Source of the DNA: Minisyncoccia bacterium
Lineage (GTDB): Bacteria > Patescibacteriota > Minisyncoccia > Phycocordibacterales > DATDWN01
Length of the DNA: 64,000 nucleotides
Direction: 5' to 3'
Assembly (NCBI GenBank): GCA_049297675.1
Contig: JBAQUS010000004.1
Coordinates: 13,188-77,187 of the forward strand
Part shown: positions 27,536-36,027 of the stretch, in pieces
Position numbering within the stretch: the stretch's first letter is position 1
Layout: the number at the start of each line of letters is the position of its first letter
Position numbers and translations under genes: made by a program
The notes under the pieces: generated by a model
Told to the model about the DNA's origin: nothing
The model's input: the letters and a program-made list of their open reading frames with translations, nothing else
The model's database searches: none

Positions 27536-28618
27536 TCAATCAAAATCTCCGACTAGTTCTGGCTCTATCCTAAGCCTTATTCCAAATTCTTTATACACTT
27601 TTTCTGACACCTCTTTTGAAAGATTGTAAATATCCTTGGCCTTAGCACGACCAGTAAAGTTATTTATTACCCCAGCATGACTCTCTAAAATCTTTGCACC
27701 CCCTCTGGATTTTCCTCTGTAGCCAAGTATCTCCACAAACAATCCTGGTGTAACTTTCATACCCTGCTTAACCCTAAATACACTTTTTTTGTCTACCATT
27801 TCTTGTGCCTTTTTATTGTGACCCATCTTTCTTAATTTATGAATTATTGAATCGAATGTTTTTGAATTTACGGATTTGGCATTCCAGAAACTGCCGACAG
27901 AACCATTCTTAGGACTGCCGGGAAATGGAAATTTGTTATCTCTTACTGAAATAATTGCCATCCTCAATGTTTTTAAACTAGGAATAATTTTAGGATGATT
28001 CTCAAAGTACTTCTTTAGATCGTTGTATTCAAAATTTAGTTTTCCTTTTTTCCATAATCGAAAGACTATACTTGTTACAACATATTTATTTTTATATTTT
28101 CTAGGATCATTTAAACAACTTTTTCTATAAGAAAATTTTATTTCTTTTCTGGATAAGATTTTCTCTTTTAGGGTTTTTCTATTTATTACTTTCACAAAAA
28201 CAACACTACTTGAAACTTCCTGACCGTATGCGCCTATATTCTGGACAACTGAAGCACCAACAGTTCCAGGAATATGTGAGAGATTTTCAACTCCATATAG
28301 TTTCTGATTTACTGAAAACTTAGCAAAATCATCCCAAATTTCACCGGAAAAAACCTCATAATCCCTATACTTACTACTCTCTCTCACAACCTTCACACCT
28401 CTCAAATTTACTTTTATAACTAATCCAGAAAAACCACTATCTGAAACAATAATATTACTTCCTCCCCCAAGAATAAAAACTGGAACTCTTTTTTCTTTTG
28501 CAAAAATTAAAGCCATTTTTAGTTCAGCGAGACTAGATACTGATGCAAAAAACCTTGCTTTACCTCCTACATGCATGCTTGTTAGAGGTTTAAGACTATG
28601 ATTTTCTTTAATCTTCAT
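27536..28618 (-). CDS. murB: UDP-N-acetylenolpyruvoylglucosamine reductase
   Basis: FAD-binding GGGSNI motif and the MurB C-terminal domain. Start moved to MKIKENHSL. Confidence 0.8.
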   Translation of the reverse strand: MKIKENHSLKPLTSMHVGGKARFFASVSSLAELKMALIFAKEKRVPVFILGGGSNIIVSDSGFSGLVIKVNLRGVKVVRESSKYRDYEVFSGEIWDDFAKFSVNQKLYGVENLSHIPGTVGASVVQNIGAYGQEVSSSVVFVKVINRKTLKEKILSRKEIKFSYRKSCLNDPRKYKNKYVVTSIVFRLWKKGKLNFEYNDLKKYFENHPKIIPSLKTLRMAIISVRDNKFPFPGSPKNGSVGSFWNAKSVNSKTFDSIIHKLRKMGHNKKAQEMVDKKSVFRVKQGMKVTPGLFVEILGYRGKSRGGAKILESHAGVINNFTGRAKAKDIYNLSKEVSEKVYKEFGIRLRIEPELVGDFD

Positions 28619-28657
28619 ATTCAGCCCAAATATACCATATATGATATAATCGCCAAC

Positions 28658-29980
28658 GTGGAAAAAACTCAAAAAAACACAGACGATTTTGAGATAGAGG
28701 GCGGGAGAAAACTTTCTGGAACAATAAAAACTAACTACTCCAAAAACGGTGCAATGGGTCTTTTTTGCGCATCTCTTTTAAACAAAAGTACTACTATTCT
28801 TCATGGAATTCCTAGGATAGAGGAAATCGCTAGAGCAATGGAGATATTTGAAAGCATTGGGGTAAAAACCGAATGGATAGCAAAAAATTCTGTAAAAATC
28901 ACACCGCCGAAAAGATTTAAACTCCACAATATAAATATGAAATCTGCTGGGAGAATACGATCGGTGCTTATGATGATCGGTTCACTTATCCATTCTGAAA
29001 AAAAATTTAAAATTCCTCATGAAGGTGGATGCAAAATGGGTCAGAGAACAATCGCTGCGCACAGGTTCGGACTAGAATCCCTCGGAGTAAAAATTGTTAC
29101 CAAAGAATCATATTATGAGATAAGTCGTGGAAACCTTAAACCTGGAGAGATAGTGATGTATGAAGCTAGCGACACAGCTACAGAAAACTTGCTTATGGCA
29201 TCTTCACTTATACCAGGTAAAACCACTATAAAGTTTTGCCCATCAAACTATCAGGTTCAGGAGATTTGTTTTTTTCTGGAAAAATGTGGAGTAAAGATAG
29301 AAGGTATCGGAACAACCACACTAACAGTTCACGGCATAAAAAGAATAAACAAAAAAATCGAGTATCACAATAGTGAAGACCCTATTGAATCCATGATGTT
29401 TATTTCCTCCGCTATCGTTACAAAATCAAAACTAAAAATAACACGATGTCCTATTGATTTTCTTTCTCTAGAACTCCTGAAGTTAGAAAAAATGGGTTTA
29501 AAATTTTTAAAATCAAAGGAATACACTTCAGAAAATGGAAGAACCAAACTTGTCGATATTACAGTTTACCCATCAAAGCTTAAGGCTTTGTATGACAAAA
29601 TTCACGCCTCAGCCTACCCAGGAATAAATTCAGACAATCTTCCTTTCTTTGTGCCTATCGCCACACAAGCTAAGGGAACGACTCTTATTCACGATTGGAT
29701 GTGGGAAAACCGAGCTATATACTTTACAGAACTGAATCGCCTCGGAGCCAATATTGTCTTAGCCGATCAGCATAGGGTTTTTGTAAACGGCCCGACGGAA
29801 CTCAAAGCTAATCAGGTTATTTGTCCACCAGCCCTCAGGCCTGCCATGATAGTTTTCGTAGCAATGCTAGGAGCAAAGGGCACATCAATTCTAAGAAATG
29901 TATACTCTATAAAGCGCGGATACGAGAACGTAGCAGAGAGACTAAATGTAATCGGCGCAAAAATAAAACTATTGGAGTAA
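28658..29980 (+). CDS. murA: UDP-N-acetylglucosamine 1-carboxyvinyltransferase
   Basis: FEIEGGRKLSGTIKTNYSKNGA N-terminus and the active-site loop HEGGCKMGQRTI. The start is uncertain; an in-frame GTG at 28658 avoids overlap with murB. Confidence 0.8.
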   Translation: MEKTQKNTDDFEIEGGRKLSGTIKTNYSKNGAMGLFCASLLNKSTTILHGIPRIEEIARAMEIFESIGVKTEWIAKNSVKITPPKRFKLHNINMKSAGRIRSVLMMIGSLIHSEKKFKIPHEGGCKMGQRTIAAHRFGLESLGVKIVTKESYYEISRGNLKPGEIVMYEASDTATENLLMASSLIPGKTTIKFCPSNYQVQEICFFLEKCGVKIEGIGTTTLTVHGIKRINKKIEYHNSEDPIESMMFISSAIVTKSKLKITRCPIDFLSLELLKLEKMGLKFLKSKEYTSENGRTKLVDITVYPSKLKALYDKIHASAYPGINSDNLPFFVPIATQAKGTTLIHDWMWENRAIYFTELNRLGANIVLADQHRVFVNGPTELKANQVICPPALRPAMIVFVAMLGAKGTSILRNVYSIKRGYENVAERLNVIGAKIKLLE

Positions 29981-29985
29981 AAGCA

Positions 29986-30273
29986 CTATTTTATTTCATC
30001 TTTTTTCACAATACCAGCCTCCCTAAGTGTGTCGATTTCCGCAGAAACAGTGGTATCATACACTGATTCATCGTTAGCTTTTTTTTTAACTGTAGCAGAC
30101 AAACTATCTTCTGACACGTATAAATAGTACAAGTTTGGTTCGTATATAAGATGTTTTATTGCAGAACTAAATGCACCTAAAATACTCTCTTCTGACTCCA
30201 TTGGACCTTCAAGTTCAGACTGGATTTGATCTGGTTTCAATTCCTCTATATTCCTTATTTGTTCATTATTCAT
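29986..30273 (-). CDS. Hypothetical acidic 95-aa protein
   Basis: Clean ORF adjacent to a tRNA. No motif recognised. Confidence 0.3.
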   Translation of the reverse strand: MNNEQIRNIEELKPDQIQSELEGPMESEESILGAFSSAIKHLIYEPNLYYLYVSEDSLSATVKKKANDESVYDTTVSAEIDTLREAGIVKKDEIK

Positions 30274-30301
30274 ATCTTTCTATTTTAACATAAAAACTTG
30301 G

Positions 30302-30384
30302 TGCCGGGAGAGAGAATCGAACTCTCAATGGATTGCTCCGCACGATTTTGAGTCGTGTGCGTCTACCAATTCCGCCATCCCGGC
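30302..30384 (-). tRNA. tRNA-Leu (anticodon CAA)
   Basis: Hand fold: GCCGGGA/TCCCGGC acceptor, CACGA-CTCAAAA-TCGTG anticodon arm, long variable arm, GAGAG-TTCGATT-CTCTC T arm. Confidence 0.85.
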
Positions 30385-30464
30385 ATTTGTAAAATAAATA
30401 TATCACAAGTCTTAAAAAAGTTCAGGGTCAGCTCTCGCTAACCCTTAAACATCTTATAATTATC

Positions 30465-30872
30465 TCACTCTTTCCTTCTTCTCCGCAATTTCTTGTTGAG
30501 TGAATTGATCTCAGAAACTATCTCGGGCTTCATGCAATTGATCGAAGAGACTCTCAAGACAAGGCCACGAATTCCAGGACCAGCATTTGACGTCCCCTTT
30601 TGCTCTTGATTCCAGCTAAAGATCATGCCCACTTGAGCATGTGGACCCCTTTGCTTTAACATTATCCCACTAACAACTATTACCGCTTGACGTGATGCAT
30701 CCTCAAGTCTTTTGAGACTGGGAAGATTAAGTAGTGGACTTTCAATTCTTTCCTCAAAGATTCGAACTACAGCCACTTTCTGCCCCCTCCTACTTCCTAT
30801 CCAAACTGCATTGAGCAGTTTAGTTAGAATCGACTTGTTCAAAACATCCTGTGACTCAATTTTCTTGATCAT
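30465..30872 (-). CDS. Hypothetical 135-aa protein; GC-richer orphan
   Basis: ggaggaaaaATG gives the start at MIKKIES. The C-terminus is basic (KKLRRRRKE). No family recognised. Confidence 0.4.
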   Translation of the reverse strand: MIKKIESQDVLNKSILTKLLNAVWIGSRRGQKVAVVRIFEERIESPLLNLPSLKRLEDASRQAVIVVSGIMLKQRGPHAQVGMIFSWNQEQKGTSNAGPGIRGLVLRVSSINCMKPEIVSEINSLNKKLRRRRKE

Positions 30873-30930
30873 TTTTCCTCCAATCAACGTTGCGGGAATC
30901 TACAATCCATTGTAAAGTATCTCTTAATTT

Positions 30931-31845
30931 ATGAAAAAATCAAGTGTTAAAAATGGACTTCCGAAAGTCCTTGTTATTCTCGGACCAACTTCAATGGGAA
31001 AAAGTGACCTAGCTGTTAGGCTTGCAAAAAAATTTAATGGTGAAATTATTTCCGCTGACTCAAGACAGGTTTATAAAGGACTAAACATTGGCACTGGAAA
31101 AATCACAGAAAAGGAAATGCTAGGTGTCCCCCATCATCTCCTGGACGTGGTTTCTCCTAAAAAAATTTTTTCTGTGTCAGATTTTCAAAAAATAGCAATC
31201 GAGAGAATCGAGAATATTTTATCAAGAGGTAAACTGCCCATAATCTGTGGCGGTACTGGATTTTATATCGACTCAATCGTCCACGGCATAGTTTTACCAG
31301 AAGTTCCACCAAATCCTAAATTGAGAAAAATCTTAGAGAAAAAAAGTCTGGAGGAATTAGTAAAAATATTAAAAAAATTAGACAAAAATAGACTGGAAAA
31401 TATTGATCAAAAAAACAAAGTCAGGTTAATCCGTGCTATTGAGATAGCAAAAAGTCTTGGTAAAGTACCAAAAGTTAAAAAGGAGGAAAGTAAGTATGAT
31501 TTTTGCCAAATAGGACTGAGGATTGATGACTATAATTTGAAAAAAAAGATTCGTAACAGGCTATTTTTGAGAATAAAAAAAGGAATGATAAAAGAAGCTG
31601 AAAATATTCACAAAAATGGGCTCACATACAAGCGAATGAAAGAGCTCGGTCTTGAATATAGGTTTTTAACTGACTTTTTAGAGAAGAAAATTACAAAAGT
31701 GGAATTGTTTAAAAAAATTATGGATGGAAATTGGAACTATGCCAAGAGACAAGTAACTTGGTTTAAAAGAGATGAAAAAATAAAGTGGTTCAAACCCACA
31801 GAGGAAAACTCAATTAAAAGAACTGTGGAAAAATTTTTGACATAA
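30931..31845 (+). CDS. miaA: tRNA dimethylallyltransferase
   Basis: P-loop GPTSMGKS, then ISADSRQVYKGLNIGT. Confidence 0.9.
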   Translation: MKKSSVKNGLPKVLVILGPTSMGKSDLAVRLAKKFNGEIISADSRQVYKGLNIGTGKITEKEMLGVPHHLLDVVSPKKIFSVSDFQKIAIERIENILSRGKLPIICGGTGFYIDSIVHGIVLPEVPPNPKLRKILEKKSLEELVKILKKLDKNRLENIDQKNKVRLIRAIEIAKSLGKVPKVKKEESKYDFCQIGLRIDDYNLKKKIRNRLFLRIKKGMIKEAENIHKNGLTYKRMKELGLEYRFLTDFLEKKITKVELFKKIMDGNWNYAKRQVTWFKRDEKIKWFKPTEENSIKRTVEKFLT

Positions 31846-31884
31846 ATTCGTAACACATATAAAATCAAAAAGGAGGTCTTCAGA

Positions 31885-32433
31885 ATGAAGTTGCCGACTG
31901 TATCAGCGAATACTATCGTCCGAAGTTGGGATGGTAGACTAGTCATTGTCAAACACAAACAGAAAGCCTACGACATTAGGCTCGAATGTCCGTGGGGTCT
32001 GCCAGGAGGTGGACTTGAAGACGGTGAAACTCCAATCGAAAATGCGATAAGAGAAACGAGACAAGAGATTGGAGTGGATATCAAAGCTCCAAAACTCATC
32101 GGAACGTTCATCCAGAGAGTTAGGGATGACGAAGCTCCGGGTGGCTTCGTCAGTGGCGTACTCCACCTTTTTGTATCAATTGAGTCAGATTTGGAAGGAA
32201 GGATCAGATGGGAAGGATGTGACGAAATAGAGGAGATTGCCCTTCTTGCACCCAAATCCATCTGCGAAAAACGACAGGAGATCGGACTCGGCTACTTTCG
32301 CATGATTCTCAAGTACATGAGATGCATCGACGGTGCTGACAGGTACGGATTCCAAAACCTCCGACTGTCCTTACCTGTTGAGTATCCACGATTCGGACTA
32401 AAAGACAAAGACCAACTTGTTCTTCAGACTTAA
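31885..32433 (+). CDS. NUDIX hydrolase; GC-richer, with SD and GC-rich terminator
   Basis: Nudix box GGGLEDGETPIENAIRETRQEIGV. aaaggaggtcttcagaATG start. Hairpin aaggggtgtgcc...ggcacgcccctt at 32433-32467. Confidence 0.75.
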   Translation: MKLPTVSANTIVRSWDGRLVIVKHKQKAYDIRLECPWGLPGGGLEDGETPIENAIRETRQEIGVDIKAPKLIGTFIQRVRDDEAPGGFVSGVLHLFVSIESDLEGRIRWEGCDEIEEIALLAPKSICEKRQEIGLGYFRMILKYMRCIDGADRYGFQNLRLSLPVEYPRFGLKDKDQLVLQT

Positions 32434-32617
32434 GGGGTGTGCCAGTAATCTCGGCACGCCCCTTAAAATTTTACATGAAATTTAATATGAATTAGTGTAG
32501 ATTAATATATATGAATCCCGTTAGAAGTTGTAATATAAAACAATTCTTGAGAAATAATTATCAACTAGATTTAATTTTTGTACCAAAGAGTTAACAGCTA
32601 CTGGTACTTCTAACGGG

Positions 32618-33295
32618 ATGAAATCTGTGATACTTTGTGCAGGCGAAGGAACGAGAATGAGACCACTTACCTTTACTTTGCCTAAACCACTCATTGACGT
32701 ATCTGGCAAAACAATAATTGAAAGAATTTTAGAGTCTCTTCCAGAGGAAATCGATGAAGTTATTTTGGTTGTGGATTATTTGAGAGAGAAAATCATATCT
32801 CATCTTGTAGAAAACTTTTTAGGAAGAAAAATAAGCTATGCCATTCAAGGAGAAAAAAGGGGTACATTTGGTGCACTACTTAGTGCAAAAAATTTTATAG
32901 AGGAAAATGAAAGATTTCTTGTTCTAAATGGTGATGACATACATGATAAGTTTGAGTTAAGAGAATATTTAAAACACCCAAGAAGTTTCGGTATACAGAA
33001 AATGATAATGCCAAACTATTATAGTGTTTCAGTGGATGAGAACAAACATGTTATTGGTTTTGCCAAACAAACAGATAAGGAAAAACTATATGGAACCTTT
33101 GTCGCAACTGGAGCTTATGTTTTGGATTCAAATATATTTAAACATCCTGGAGTGATAGTTTTTGGCGGAGAATTAGGGCTTCCTCAAACTATTCTTGCCC
33201 AAAAAGACTACCCTATCAATGCAGTAGTCACAGAAAGGTGGGTACCTATAAACTCGTTTGAGGATCTAGAAAAAGCTAAAAAAATATTTTCTTAA
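32618..33295 (+). CDS. Sugar-phosphate nucleotidyltransferase
   Basis: LCAGEGTRMRPLTFTLPKPL signature. Confidence 0.75.
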   Translation: MKSVILCAGEGTRMRPLTFTLPKPLIDVSGKTIIERILESLPEEIDEVILVVDYLREKIISHLVENFLGRKISYAIQGEKRGTFGALLSAKNFIEENERFLVLNGDDIHDKFELREYLKHPRSFGIQKMIMPNYYSVSVDENKHVIGFAKQTDKEKLYGTFVATGAYVLDSNIFKHPGVIVFGGELGLPQTILAQKDYPINAVVTERWVPINSFEDLEKAKKIFS

Positions 33296-33349
33296 TTTAC
33301 AGACGATCTTGTCCTGTGTGAATCCACTCTTTTCTGGATCATGAGTTTC

Positions 33350-33397
33350 CTAAATAGCACTATCTCCAAATATGCAAATTCATTCTGGTTTTTTCAT
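33350..33397 (-). pseudogene. Remnant of an SGNH-hydrolase paralogue (first ~16 codons only)
   Basis: About 42 nt align with the 5' end of the gene at 10726-11328 (6 mismatches by hand). It reads MKKPE*ICIFGDSAI*. Confidence 0.6.
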
Positions 33398-33401
33398 ACT
33401 T

Positions 33402-33917
33402 TCATTTTAAGATCTTGTAATGTAGCTGGATCGTATCCTCATTAAGTTTGTTAACTTCCATAAGTTTTAGATCGTATTCAAAATCAGCCTCAGAAAAAAC
33501 TTTTATTCCTTTTCCAAATATCAATGGTTCAACATCTAAATAAATCTCATCTATTAAGTTTTCTTTAAGAAAAGAACTATTTAATTGACCTCCTCCAGCC
33601 ACAAACGCTGTTTTAAAGTTTTTTGTTTCTAATAAATTCAATATATCTTTTGGTGACTTTTTTGTAATCAAAACATTGTCACCCCATTTATTTTCTATCT
33701 CCTGGTTAGATACTACAATATTCAAAGCATCTGGAAATGGAAAATATCCATACTTAGAAGTTTCTATATATGTATTTTTACCCATTATTGTATTTCCTGC
33801 TGATTTACTATGTTCGTAAAATCCTTTCAAGTCTTCTTCTTAAGTAAACTCTGAATTACCATTTTCTCTAGCAATATAACCATTAGCAGATATTCCCATA
33901 TAGATAATTGTCTTCAT
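33402..33917 (-). pseudogene. RibD-C/dihydrofolate-reductase-like gene interrupted by an in-frame TAA
   Basis: My translation from the ATG at 33915-33917 gives MKTIIYMGISANGYIARENGNSEFT-TAA(33840-33842)-EEDLKGFYEHS... This is in frame with the 142-aa ORF, whose first codon is TTG. Confidence 0.6.
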
Positions 33918-33932
33918 AATCATCATAATAAC

Positions 33933-33964
33933 AAAAAATCACTGATTTGTATCGGTGATTTTTT
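33933..33964. terminator. Bidirectional hairpin aaaaaatcactga-tttgta-tcggtgatttttt
   Basis: Second copy of the 12961-12992 hairpin, within a shared ~50-nt block, downstream of tRNA-Trp. Confidence 0.6.
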
Positions 33965-34030
33965 GTCTCAAATATTGCTTTACTTTCTCGCAAAAACGTC
34001 ACATTGACGCGTCTCGTGCGACGCTCGACT

Positions 34031-34104
34031 TGGCGGGGGGTGGAAGAATCGAACTCCCGACAACGGTTTTGGAGACCGTAGTTATACCACTTAACTAACC
34101 CCCC
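34031..34104 (-). tRNA. tRNA-Trp (anticodon CCA), CCA end encoded
   Basis: Hand fold: GGGGGGT/ACCCCCC acceptor, ACGGT-CTCCAAA-ACCGT anticodon arm, GGGAG-TTCGATT-CTTCC T arm. Confidence 0.85.
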
Positions 34105-34162
34105 AGATTTACAAAATATAGCAAAAAAACGCCTGATTGGCGAATAAAAAAACAAAATATAG

Positions 34163-35296
34163 CTAAATAACTATCCTCTCTATTAGTGGATTAAGTCGAG
34201 TAACAAATTCATAGTTTGTAGTTCCAGATACTTCTGCTAATTCATTTACTAAAACAGACAAACTGCCGGATCTACCCAAGAGAATAACTTCATCAAAAAT
34301 TTTTGCATTTTTTACATCTGTAACATCTACAACTATCATATCCATTGAAACTCTCCCTAAAACTTTGCAAAATTTATTTCCTATTATTACAACCCCTTTG
34401 CTTGAAAGACTTCTGGAATATCCATGCCAGTAACCAATAGGAATAATAGCAATTTTGGAGTCTCTTTTTAATTTTTCGGTTAGATCATATCCGACGCCAC
34501 TACCTTTTGGAACGTTTTTTATCTGGGAAATAATACTTTTCCAAGTTAACACAGGTTTAAGTATTACTTTATTTTTGTAATATTCTTCGATTTTTTTCGA
34601 TGGCCACAAACCGTAAATACCGATACCAATTCTAAGCATATCCATTTTATTACTTATAAGTATCGCTCCGCTTGTGGATTGACTATGAGTAATAAAATTT
34701 TTAAACCTAGCTTCTTTAAAAAAGTCGACGGCTATTTGGAATTTTTTTACCTGCAGCTCCGTCTGAGTTTTATCATCAGGATCTTTGGCTGAGGAAAAAT
34801 GCGTGTAAATCCCTTCTAACTTTATATTTTTTGATACTTTAATTAGCTCAATTACTTTTGGAATTTCCTCTAGAAAAAAACCTTGTCTGTGCATGCCTGT
34901 ATCAACTTTGACGTGAACGTTAATTTTTTCCTTAGACTTTCTAAGTTTATTTAAAGATTCGAAATCAGAAACGGTAATAGAAACACGATTCTTTATGGCC
35001 TCCTTAACTCTATCCGGAAGTGTAAAACCTAAAACAAGTATTGGTTTTCTTATCCCATTTTCTCTCAAAGCACTTGCTTCAACAATAGAATCCACTCCTA
35101 AAAAATCCACAGCAAGGTTTTGAAGTATACTAGAAATTGTGAGAAGTCCGTGACCATAAGCGTTTGATTTAACCACTCCCATGAGTTTCATTCCTTTAGC
35201 AATTTTTCTAAAAGTTTTGTAGTTACTTTTTATCGCCTTTTCGTCAATTTCAATCCAAGTTCTTAGCTTTTTTTTAATATTTACTGATTTAATCAT
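34163..35296 (-). CDS. alr: Alanine racemase
   Basis: PLP-lysine motif VVKSNAYGHG and the C-terminal beta domain. Confidence 0.85.
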   Translation of the reverse strand: MIKSVNIKKKLRTWIEIDEKAIKSNYKTFRKIAKGMKLMGVVKSNAYGHGLLTISSILQNLAVDFLGVDSIVEASALRENGIRKPILVLGFTLPDRVKEAIKNRVSITVSDFESLNKLRKSKEKINVHVKVDTGMHRQGFFLEEIPKVIELIKVSKNIKLEGIYTHFSSAKDPDDKTQTELQVKKFQIAVDFFKEARFKNFITHSQSTSGAILISNKMDMLRIGIGIYGLWPSKKIEEYYKNKVILKPVLTWKSIISQIKNVPKGSGVGYDLTEKLKRDSKIAIIPIGYWHGYSRSLSSKGVVIIGNKFCKVLGRVSMDMIVVDVTDVKNAKIFDEVILLGRSGSLSVLVNELAEVSGTTNYEFVTRLNPLIERIVI

Positions 35297-35338
35297 TTAA
35301 TATTATGTTGAAAGTAAAAAAACGCTATTAAGCGTTTT

Positions 35339-35494
35339 TTACTTTTTTGCCTCTTTGAAAGCAACTCTCTTACGGAGTTTTTTGCTGTACTTTTTGAGTT
35401 CGATTTTTCTCTCGACTTTTTTCTTGTTTTTCCTGGTCCAGTATACTTCCCCAGATTCTTTATTTCGAAGTGGTATTAATCTATCTTGTGACAT
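35339..35494 (-). CDS. rpmG: 50S ribosomal protein L33 (non-zinc type)
   Basis: Absent from the ORF track at 51 aa. Hand translation: MSQDRLIPLRNKESGEVYWTRKNKKKVERKIELKKYSKKLRKRVAFKEAKK. A hairpin terminator aaaaaacgct-atta-agcgtttttt follows. Confidence 0.7.
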   Translation of the reverse strand: MSQDRLIPLRNKESGEVYWTRKNKKKVERKIELKKYSKKLRKRVAFKEAKK

Positions 35495-35711
35495 AGTACC
35501 TTGAGATTAATATAAAATTAGAGAAAATGCAAGGAGACCAACCCGTTCGGATTGGCCTCTAGAAATCACAAACCATCGTCTGGAAAAACTCCTGGCAGTA
35601 TGAGCTGAATACTTCTGACAAATTTCTCGTACTCAGTAATGAATACATAGGAAATTCCTATGTAAGTGCCGTACGAAAAAATCCCAAGCAGTTGGGATTT
35701 GTTTCGTCGTG

Positions 35712-35857
35712 TGCGCCGGGTTGGAATTTCTCCCTCGCCTCTCAAGTTTGCCGTCGCAAACTCTCGGGCTGGTCACCGACTCGCGTTCGGCTTTTACTAA
35801 AGCCGAAATCGCTCCGTCGTTCGAATCCAACACGCAAAGCATGCTTTGCTCCGGCAC
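35712..35857 (-). ncRNA. tRNA-like structured RNA candidate carrying a duplicated tRNA-Tyr 3' end
   Basis: 5' GUGCCGG pairs with 3' CCGGCGC+A, and GUUGG...CCAAC form a T-stem identical to that of tRNA-Tyr. About 95 nt of GC-rich hairpins are inserted in the T-loop position, and a palindrome gcaaagcatgctttgc replaces the D and anticodon arms. It has its own terminator hairpin at 35680-35700. Confidence 0.3.
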
Positions 35858-35889
35858 ACACGAAAAAATCCCTTGCGGGATTTGTCGTG

Positions 35890-35972
35890 TGCGCCGGGTT
35901 GGATTCGAACCAACGAAGCCCGAGGGCGACAGATTTACAGTCTGTTGTGATAGACCACTCCACCACCGACGC
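35890..35972 (-). tRNA. tRNA-Tyr (anticodon GTA), long variable arm
   Basis: Hand fold: GCGTCGG/CCGGCGC acceptor, ACAGA-CTGTAAA-TCTGT anticodon arm, GTTGG-TTCGAAT-CCAAC T arm. Confidence 0.85.
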
Positions 35973-36027
35973 AACAGTTAGAGAATATCATAAAGCAACA
36001 CAATTTCAAATTTTTATATTCACAAAC

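Noticed and set aside
33840-33842. An alternative genetic code or stop-codon recoding as the explanation for the in-frame stop.
   Set aside because: The stop is TAA, not TGA. TGA clearly terminates rbfA (44578-44580) and folD (17490-17492), so the standard code applies. A pseudogene or a sequencing error is more likely.
33883-34155. A 90-aa ORF on the minus strand.
   Set aside because: It spans tRNA-Trp (34031-34104) and the N-terminal fragment of the DHFR-like pseudogene in a different frame. Spurious.
35712-35857. A tmRNA or reduced tmRNA.
   Set aside because: GGAUUCGAACGACGG resembles the tmRNA 5' motif. But the candidate is only about 146 nt long. It has no intact T arm, and no tag-like ORF ending in a stop is visible in the frames I checked.
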